Shown piece by piece: positions 1 to 6,321 of a stretch of DNA of 32,000 bases; within the stretch, counting starts at the first letter, position 1; each line of letters opens with the position of its first letter. The notes beneath the pieces were generated by a model. It saw only the letters and a list, made by a program, of their open reading frames with translations, did not search any database and was not told the DNA's origin. The position numbers were made by a program, and so were the translations under genes. Source of the DNA: Pyrodictium abyssi (GTDB taxonomy: Archaea > Thermoproteota > Thermoprotei_A > Sulfolobales > Pyrodictiaceae). The stretch spans positions 1,200,001 through 1,232,000 of the forward strand of contig NZ_AP028907.1 of NCBI RefSeq assembly GCF_036323395.1, written 5' to 3'.

Positions 1-70
1 AGCGGTATACGCTGGCGGCAGGAGGCTCGAGCCCAGCGACCAGCTGCCAAGAGGCTGCCAGGGCGTAGCC

Positions 71-571
71 GTGCTCGCCCCGCCGCCCGGCGTGCTGCTC
101 GCCAGGGTAGCCGAGCCCGGAGAGAGGGTGGACCTCGACGGGCTCTCCCGGCTCATGGCCCGGCGCGCAACGCTACTGGGAGGCGGCGCCCTCGTAGCCT
201 TCATGGGGTTCGTGAAGGGCCGGGTAGGCGGCGCGGAGGTCTCGAGGCTGGAGTACGAGGCGCTGGAGCCCCACGCCACCAGGAGGCTCCGGGAGCTCGC
301 CGAGAAGTACGCAGGGCTCCCCGGCGTGATAGACGTCGCCGCTATACACTACCAGGGGGGCCTCGGGCCCGGCGACCCCACGATATACATCCTAGTAACC
401 GCCGTGACCCGTAGCATCGCGTTCCACGCTGCCGCACTGCTGCTGGAGGAGGTCAAGCACAGTGTCCCGATATACAAGCTCGAGCGCCGTAGCGACGGCG
501 ACTACTGGATACTAGGCGACGGCACAAGGATACCCCGAGGAACAGAACGACAAACACACCCACAACTATAA
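71..571 (+). CDS. moaE: Molybdopterin synthase catalytic subunit (MoaE family)
   Basis: 166-aa ORF from GTG 71. The frame stays open to the window edge, so the true start is uncertain (GTG 92 is also possible). The layout GALVAFMGFVKG / LEYEA / AAIHYQGGLGPGDPTIYILVTAVTRSIAFHAA / VPIYKLE follows the E. coli MoaE pattern GAVVTFTGKVR / EHY / IHRIGEL.PGD...HR..AF.A / P.WK.E. Confidence 0.75.
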   Translation: MLAPPPGVLLARVAEPGERVDLDGLSRLMARRATLLGGGALVAFMGFVKGRVGGAEVSRLEYEALEPHATRRLRELAEKYAGLPGVIDVAAIHYQGGLGPGDPTIYILVTAVTRSIAFHAAALLLEEVKHSVPIYKLERRSDGDYWILGDGTRIPRGTERQTHPQL

Positions 572-838
572 ATCCTCTAGCACACGCCCGGAACTAAACT
601 TGAAGTTCCAGCTCTAGTACTCAGCTTCCTCCGGCCAGGTTTCAACCACCTAGATACACGTCATCCTCAAGTCCATGAGCCAACTACAAAGCTCCTACCG
701 ACTCATTACGACGTTATTCTGATATAATTTATAAATTAATAATTAATCTCTAGCCTCACCGTTTTGCAGCTCTAAAGACGAGCAGTAACTCTTACATCTT
801 ACATTAATAACGAATATAAGCAAAGCCTATAATGTAAT

Positions 839-851
839 AAAAATAAACAAA
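839..851 (-). terminator. T-rich tract downstream of the ATPase gene, an archaeal-type terminator candidate
   Basis: The minus strand reads TTTGTTTATTTTT about 25 nt after the TAG stop at 874-876. Archaeal termination commonly uses oligo-T tracts. The surrounding DNA is AT-rich, so specificity is weak. Confidence 0.3.
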
Positions 852-873
852 GGTATAGACATTAGTAATCATC

Positions 874-1950
874 CTAGACGAGCAATTTAAGTATATCTAC
901 GACTCGTCCTATTTCGCCTAAGAGATGTTCTAACAAACTCTCTTCTCCATTTTCATTTTTACGGTGAAGATATCTAATAACGGCTGCACGAGTACATGGT
1001 GCATTATTCTTGCCACTATTTGATTTAAATAGAGCAATATTTCTGAAAACATCACAGGTTACTTCTGATATAATCTTAGTATCATCCTGCATATTGATAT
1101 TCACTTTTTCTATACTCTTCATGCTGTCTTCAGGTATATATTTATCAGCGATACATTCGATTTTTCCTTCAATTCTTTTCCAGATATCCAGCTGGTAAAA
1201 GTTCAGAATAGGGTATATCTCCACATCTCCTATTTGTTTTCTAATTTTCTCTACTTCTTTAAAATCTTTGTGTATCTTATCTAAAATCTTTACATGTGAA
1301 AACGAATTTGTATGTGGGATGTCGGTTTGGCCTAAGCCGTGCCCGCCCCCCGTATTCCCCGTATTTCTACATTCTTTAGGTAAATCAGGTAAATCATATA
1401 GTAATGCGAGAGCCCTTGTATCTATTAAGTATATAATTCGTACTCTCATGCCTCGAGATACTACCTTCTCTTCCTTTCGGAGGAGTTCAACCAGCATCTT
1501 CAAGAGATCAGAGAAGTCTTTCGGGTTGAACGTTAGTATTGGTGATAAATCGATAATGACGTTTAGTGTGCTTTCCCCCTCTAAGTGTTGCAAGTGTTGC
1601 CTAATAATGTCCAAGATGCTAGCCACAATAAGTGCCGTATTTGATACAATGACTGCAAGCATCATATCTTTTTCCTTGGTTCCAGCTACATCGTAGATAT
1701 GCACCTTATCATTATCTCTAAGCATGTAGCGGTTAAATTTAATTACTTTGCCTACTTCATTATCTTCCGACCTCAACAGCAACGTTAGAGGAAAGGGTGT
1801 TGCAGGATCCAATGATATACATATGCTCTCGCCTTTATTATGCTGTCCAAAGGTGCTGCATAGTGCAGACGCTATAAGCGACTTCCCAGTACCACCCTTA
1901 TGCGAAGTAACAATATACAAGTTTATAACCGGATTATATCTGCCTGCCAT
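874..1950 (-). CDS. ParA/MinD-class (SIMIBI) P-loop ATPase with a roughly 170-aa C-terminal extension
   Basis: 358-aa ORF in AT-rich DNA. It has a deviant Walker A, YIVTSHKGGTGKSLIASAL (KGGxGK[ST]), and a Walker-B-like LNVIIDLSP. GGAGG (minus strand, 1960-1964) lies 9 nt upstream of ATG 1950 and overlaps the upstream gene's stop, so this is an internal operon gene. The C-terminal half (about residue 190 onward) has no motif I recognise. Confidence 0.8.
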   Translation of the reverse strand: MAGRYNPVINLYIVTSHKGGTGKSLIASALCSTFGQHNKGESICISLDPATPFPLTLLLRSEDNEVGKVIKFNRYMLRDNDKVHIYDVAGTKEKDMMLAVIVSNTALIVASILDIIRQHLQHLEGESTLNVIIDLSPILTFNPKDFSDLLKMLVELLRKEEKVVSRGMRVRIIYLIDTRALALLYDLPDLPKECRNTGNTGGGHGLGQTDIPHTNSFSHVKILDKIHKDFKEVEKIRKQIGDVEIYPILNFYQLDIWKRIEGKIECIADKYIPEDSMKSIEKVNINMQDDTKIISEVTCDVFRNIALFKSNSGKNNAPCTRAAVIRYLHRKNENGEESLLEHLLGEIGRVVDILKLLV

Positions 1951-1963
1951 CCCATATTACCTC

Positions 1964-3301
1964 CTAGCTTAGTTCATCACATAGGTAGAGAAGCGTTGCA
2001 AAAGGATACCTCTCTGCCATCGTTTCTAAATTCTTGTTTCCATTCTTGCCCCTATTTTTACTACTTAACGCATCTTTTAGGTCATATTTGAAGTATTTAA
2101 AATCATCACATAAATCACCCTTACACCATTTATGCCTTAGTATTACTGTTGCAACGAATTTTCGTAGCACATAGAGCCTATTGCCTTTAGGTACTCTTCT
2201 AAGAATAATGTATGCTGATAAAACTGGATGGATAAGACCGACTATACCCTTTCCTGCTAGCCTATCAATACCCTTCTCTGCAGTATTCTTCAAGGTTTCC
2301 AGGACTAGTTTTAGTATGTCTTCGCTTCGTAATCTCTTTTCATCAGTATGTGAATAAAATGCGTATTTGAACTTTAGCATACTTACTATCTTTCGAGGAT
2401 CACCTTCGAACGCATAGCCAAGATCATGCAGCAGCCCTGCCGATAAGATAACAAACCATTTAAAGTACTCAAATAAAGTACTGTTTAAAAACATTCCAAG
2501 CTCACGTCCAAATTCCCTATATTCTTCCGTGTCTTTAAAATTATCATAACTACTAATCTTATTATGGATAGACCGGGCTACTTCGTTTATACTGGTCTTC
2601 CATTTTTTGAAGTTTCTCGGTATTATTTCGTCTATTGTCACATCATTTACTATTTTTATCATGCATTTCGTTACATTTAGGCTGTGGAGTATATGATCGC
2701 GGTAAGCATAATGCAGAGGATCATGACTAAACATGTTATCGATCGATAGGAAGCGTATAATGTCGTCAAATATGTCGCTATAGTACAGTTTGTTCATAAG
2801 GTGCATATATACTGTTGTAGCTGCAGCTAGTATCTCCTCGACACGCTCTAGGCAGCTAGATAGTGGGGGTCTACCGCTAGATTCAAGTCTTGATTTTGCT
2901 AGCTTTACCATCATGCCCCTATATGCTTCTGAAGTAATTGTATTTTTGACATAAAGGTCTTCTATGCTCGTGACTAAAGGGGCATATTCATCTTTTAATA
3001 GTAGATATGCAAATAGGTAAGAAGCATTCTGAATGCCTTCAAGTATTTGATTAACCGTATTAACTATATCTGTAGCTTTCTTTACATCCTTATCGTTGGG
3101 CACAGTGGTATCACCTTTACTATTAACGTTGTAGCTGTGAGTAGAGACGTAACACCCAATAATGTCTACCATGGATAAGTCAGTGGGAATGATTGCTAGC
3201 ATTACCGTTACCGATAAACGCGACGCCTGCGTAAAGTATACTGGGCTCGAGGAAATATGTATTACGAACATAAGCAGCACAAGGAGAAGTATACTGTGCA
3301 T
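1964..3301 (-). CDS. HD-superfamily phosphohydrolase/nuclease-like protein with a hydrophobic N-terminus
   Basis: 445-aa ORF. The N-terminus MHSILLLVLLMFVIHISSS looks like a signal peptide or TM anchor. The C-terminal half carries an HD-type series: DHILHSLNV, AGLLHDLGYAF, GLIHPVLSAY, ILRHKW, ATLLYLCDELS. The start is ambiguous, with in-frame ATGs also at 3271, 3202 and 3172. Confidence 0.75.
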   Translation of the reverse strand: MHSILLLVLLMFVIHISSSPVYFTQASRLSVTVMLAIIPTDLSMVDIIGCYVSTHSYNVNSKGDTTVPNDKDVKKATDIVNTVNQILEGIQNASYLFAYLLLKDEYAPLVTSIEDLYVKNTITSEAYRGMMVKLAKSRLESSGRPPLSSCLERVEEILAAATTVYMHLMNKLYYSDIFDDIIRFLSIDNMFSHDPLHYAYRDHILHSLNVTKCMIKIVNDVTIDEIIPRNFKKWKTSINEVARSIHNKISSYDNFKDTEEYREFGRELGMFLNSTLFEYFKWFVILSAGLLHDLGYAFEGDPRKIVSMLKFKYAFYSHTDEKRLRSEDILKLVLETLKNTAEKGIDRLAGKGIVGLIHPVLSAYIILRRVPKGNRLYVLRKFVATVILRHKWCKGDLCDDFKYFKYDLKDALSSKNRGKNGNKNLETMAERYPFATLLYLCDELS

Positions 3302-4243
3302 CCCATATCACTTGCAGAGCATAGAGAGCATGACTTGTACCGTGACTATAGTAGAAATGTAAAAGATAAAAAGGGTTTGATTATATCTGATTATAATCAT
3401 GGTTCTATTAAGCTTAGTATGGTAGAGCTATTTAGCATGTGGCCTAACAAGGAAGAGCCTTTAGAGCGCTTTAGCAGTGAGTATAAGGATGAAAAGTTTG
3501 CTAAGTACGGCAGCCGCCTTGTAGTGTTCACTAGCATTGATAAGGGCGAAAAGGAAGGCTGGCTAAAGCCGGGACCCCAGCTTCCTCCTGCACTCAAATG
3601 CCTCCAAGTAGATTCATATGTGACTACAAATCTTCTGATTCAAATATATTCACATCCTTACTTGAGCACTCAGTATACTACACTAGGTGGATCGGCAAAC
3701 TCGTTGCGTCAAATGCTCTCTCAAGTGCATCTTTTGGAGAGTAGTACTGTACAAAATATGCTGCAGCAACTCTATTACAATATAGATTACATCGCAGATA
3801 GTGGATCACATTATTCATCACTGTCTGCTAAAGTTAGCAAAATAAACATAGAAAAAGATTTTAATAGTATAATTAGCGAAATAATTAGTATTATTAATGA
3901 GTTAGAGAAGCGTTTTAGAAGAGCCTATGAGCTAGATTTGATAAAGTATGATGACTGGCAAATAATTTCAGACAAACTACAGAAGCTTGGACTCCTAACC
4001 GAGATGTTGTATAAGATACGCGGCAAGCACATAGATATCTTAGACGCTCTCTCGATCATTAATAAAATAGAAACGAGTGTAGAGGAAATAGCAGAGGAAA
4101 CTAAAAAAAGAGTACCTCTAGTTGCATTACTGCTTGCTCCGGTATTCATACACTTTGAAAGAATAATAAACCCAGTGATGAAGGCTCTAGTTTCAAGATT
4201 ATATAATGCAAAGGTTACGGAAGACTCCCTCGCAAAAGAATAA
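3257..4243 (+). CDS. Hypothetical protein (island orphan 1)
   Basis: 328-aa maximal ORF. Its first 45 nt overlap the divergent HD gene head-to-head, so ATG 3419 (or TTG 3377) is the more likely start. The sequence looks mostly helical, with a hydrophobic segment VPLVALLLAPVFIHF near the C-terminus. I recognise no catalytic motif. Confidence 0.7.
   Translation: MYYEHKQHKEKYTVHPISLAEHREHDLYRDYSRNVKDKKGLIISDYNHGSIKLSMVELFSMWPNKEEPLERFSSEYKDEKFAKYGSRLVVFTSIDKGEKEGWLKPGPQLPPALKCLQVDSYVTTNLLIQIYSHPYLSTQYTTLGGSANSLRQMLSQVHLLESSTVQNMLQQLYYNIDYIADSGSHYSSLSAKVSKINIEKDFNSIISEIISIINELEKRFRRAYELDLIKYDDWQIISDKLQKLGLLTEMLYKIRGKHIDILDALSIINKIETSVEEIAEETKKRVPLVALLLAPVFIHFERIINPVMKALVSRLYNAKVTEDSLAKE
3391..3397 (+). 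promoter_or_regulatory. TATA-box candidate for the plus-strand island operon
   Basis: TTATAAT is centred about 25 nt upstream of ATG 3419. That spacing fits a leaderless archaeal transcript. A second TTATATC lies at 3381-3387. The AT-rich context lowers specificity. Confidence 0.35.
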
Positions 4244-4248
4244 ACAAG

Positions 4249-5163
4249 GTGACATGTAAAATGAGCACTGCTTGTGAATACATGACTAGAGTTCCTGATA
4301 AGAGTGAACCGTTTATCTTGGTAAAGTTGCTTTACTCGTTTCGTTATGAGCCTGACTTGAAGCATACAGAAGGAGTAAAGTTCGAGGAAGCTATGAGAGA
4401 CCTAAGAAGTGAAGTTGAGAACGTTATATCGAGCCTCCGCACTAACTATAGTGTGATAGAGGAAGAGGAAGCAACCAGACTAGTTATAGTTCATCCTGTA
4501 AACCATTTTGCTATAACTATTAGGTACGATGCTGTGATTGTCGAACGTCATGCAGCATTCCTTGAAGAAAAAGAGTGCAACGAAACAATAAACCTTATGA
4601 GATACATCCTAGAGCTACTTGCCGGAAAGCTAATTAATTATTATAAGCAATCGATAGTTGAGGTTGGTGTTCGTGTTTCTCAATCATATATCATTGTGAA
4701 GGGTGAGAATAGTGGCTCCCCAGCGGCTAGGGATGAGCTTCTAAGAGGTCTAGAGGAAGGGACTGTTGTTAGCGTTCTTGCCAATACATTAAATTTAATG
4801 CTAAGCAACAAGAGTCTACGAGATAATACACGCGACTTGGAAGTTAACTGGGGTATTCGAGTAGAAGGTTTAGGTAATGCGAGATTTGTAATAAAGTTTA
4901 TACGGCTAATGCAGGGGAACACTCTTTCTCTTCTTCCCTTGCTGTTGATACCTATGGGTCGCCCGGATCATGGTGTTGAGATTTCTACCCAGTTAATTAT
5001 CGTGCCGAGAGCACAGCGGGATGTCGGAGATGTTATTAGAACCCTGGATAGAGCCGAGGATTGGGTTATTAGTACGTCCCGCCAGTTACATGCTGGTATA
5101 GTAGAGCTGTTGCGGAAGCTAGTTGGTAAGGTGATAGTAATGTATGCTCCCTTGCCTGGTTAG
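4249..5163 (+). CDS. Hypothetical protein (island orphan 2)
   Basis: 304-aa ORF from GTG 4249. ATG 4261 is the likelier start because AAGGTGA (4246-4252) precedes it by 8 nt. The ORF begins only a few nt after the upstream stop at 4243, so the two genes form an operon. I recognise no motif. Confidence 0.7.
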   Translation: MTCKMSTACEYMTRVPDKSEPFILVKLLYSFRYEPDLKHTEGVKFEEAMRDLRSEVENVISSLRTNYSVIEEEEATRLVIVHPVNHFAITIRYDAVIVERHAAFLEEKECNETINLMRYILELLAGKLINYYKQSIVEVGVRVSQSYIIVKGENSGSPAARDELLRGLEEGTVVSVLANTLNLMLSNKSLRDNTRDLEVNWGIRVEGLGNARFVIKFIRLMQGNTLSLLPLLLIPMGRPDHGVEISTQLIIVPRAQRDVGDVIRTLDRAEDWVISTSRQLHAGIVELLRKLVGKVIVMYAPLPG

Positions 5164-5540
5164 TTTTACTTTACTGGTGAACTGGGTACTGGCGCTAACG
5201 TGACCCAAGTGAGGAGGCTTTCCGCTTTTCTTTGGTGTGTTTACTGACGTGGTTATTGTTTAAGTGCTTGCTGGGTTTGCTGATTGATTCTGGGGCATGG
5301 GGTAGAAGTGACGGAGGGGCCTTGTCTGAAGTACCTTGGATGCATTTCTGAGTGCTCTAGAGTGTTCATCTGGGGTGGGAGAATGGTGCTTACGAAGTGT
5401 TGATGCTGGCTATCCTGGAGCGGGTGTTGGTATGTCATGTGCGCGCCGGGTCTGAGATAGCTATTGCATGAGTTTGTGTGCTGGCTTGTTACGGGCCATG
5501 AGTCTTCTAGGGCTTATTAGCCGTAGCTGCCAGGCTATAG

Positions 5541-6041
5541 GTGGGTATGCAGGACTTGGCTAGTGCTGTGGTTGTTAGGCTTCCCCGCAGTGACGCTGAG
5601 AGGCTGGAGCGCGAGGCTAGCAGGCTCGGCATAGGCCTGGAGGAGTACGTGCTAGAGCTCCTCCTCCGGAACCTGGACCCGCTGGAGAGGGCGAGGGAAT
5701 ACGCTGAGGCTGCAAGGGGCCTCCTAGAGCGGGCGAGAGAGGAGCTAGAGAGGGGTGATGTCCGGCAGGCTGCCGGGGAGGCCTGGGGCGCTGCAGCGCT
5801 GGCCGTGAAGGCCTACGCGGCGTGGCGGGATGGCAAGAGGTTGACAAGCCATGAGGGGCTATGGGAGTACAAGAGGGTGATGAAGAAGGATCTCGGTGAA
5901 CGGGTTAGTGATGCGTGGTACGCTGGGCAGAGTATGCATGTCTGCTTCTACGAGGGCTGGTGCGCTCGAGAGGGCGTTGAGGAGGCCCTAGAGAGGATCA
6001 AGAGGCTAGTAGAGGAGGTTGAGAAGCGGGTAGAGGCGTAA
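5541..6041 (+). CDS. Ribbon-helix-helix / PaREP1-family fusion protein
   Basis: The N-terminus VVVRLPRSDAERLEREASRLGIGLEEYVLELLL has a strand-helix-helix (CopG-like) pattern. The rest matches the PaREP1 pattern: GDVRQAAGEAWGAAALAVKAYAAW...LTSHEGLWEY...SMHVCFYEG. ATG 5547 is an alternative start. Confidence 0.7.
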   Translation: MGMQDLASAVVVRLPRSDAERLEREASRLGIGLEEYVLELLLRNLDPLERAREYAEAARGLLERAREELERGDVRQAAGEAWGAAALAVKAYAAWRDGKRLTSHEGLWEYKRVMKKDLGERVSDAWYAGQSMHVCFYEGWCAREGVEEALERIKRLVEEVEKRVEA

Positions 6042-6225
6042 CCGGAGCCTACGGCGCCGCTACTGAGGCCTGAGCGCCGGGCTGCATCTCGGCGTGCTCC
6101 GGCGGTTAGGCGCTGACGCTGCTGTGCGCCGGGCGGCTGTGAGGACGTGTGCCCACCCCCGCGTCTTCTCGCTGGCTATCCTGTCACCTGTGGTAGGCCC
6201 CCGGGGCTGTGTCCTGGCGGCTGTT

Positions 6226-6245
6226 GTGTGGAGCCGGCTCCACAC
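6226..6245. promoter_or_regulatory. Perfect 20-nt palindrome, a candidate operator upstream of the ArsR-family gene
   Basis: GTGTGGAGCC|GGCTCCACAC is a perfect inverted repeat. A related copy, GTGTGTGGCTCCACAT, lies at about 6255-6270. Both sit 50-130 nt upstream of the plausible ArsR starts. Confidence 0.4.
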
Positions 6246-6321
6246 TTGGGGCGGTGTGTGGCTCCACATAGCCGCTATAAGGCTTGTCGGCGCCTATACC
6301 CGGGGTGCGGGATGGGGCTCC

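Larger units (their letters stand above)
700..5165. other. Low-GC genomic island, a putatively horizontally acquired four-gene cassette
   Basis: Composition changes abruptly. Hand counts of 60-nt lines inside give 33% (2101-2160) and 40% (4081-4140) G+C, against 70% for line 7261-7320 outside. The left edge falls in the convergent spacer after moaE (about 700) and the right edge just after the stop at 5163. There is no integrase, tRNA or obvious flanking direct repeat. Confidence 0.7.

Noticed and set aside
1-70. The open frame upstream of moaE reads ...AVYAGG, reminiscent of a MoaD C-terminal Gly-Gly, raising the idea of a MoaD-MoaE fusion
   Set aside because: Only 23 codons are visible, and the following residues (RRLEPSDQLPRGCQG) are not informative. 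This cannot be supported from the window.
590-625. Hairpin GGAACT-N8-AGTTCC and a TTCCAG string after moaE, considered as an origin recognition box or att site
   Set aside because: The stem is only 6 bp. TTCCAGCTC does not continue into the crenarchaeal ORB core as I remember it. No matching copy was found at the right island edge.
1010-1696. Short plus-strand ORFs antisense to the island genes. Others lie at 1748-2091, 3925-4365 and 4680-4922.
   Set aside because: Each lies fully inside a much longer opposite-strand ORF that has motifs or operon signals. Their composition is Ser/Cys/Phe/Ile-rich, typical of antisense AT-rich coding DNA.
5292-5385. Multiple GGGG runs in the spacer, considered as a G-quadruplex
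   Set aside because: The loop lengths between runs (3, about 13 and about 50 nt) do not fit a canonical intramolecular G4.
5253-5438. 61-aa minus-strand ORF in the G+T-skewed spacer
   Set aside because: It is Gln/His/Pro/Thr-rich, a direct consequence of the C+A-rich minus strand. It has no start context or motif. I report the region as a compositional anomaly instead.
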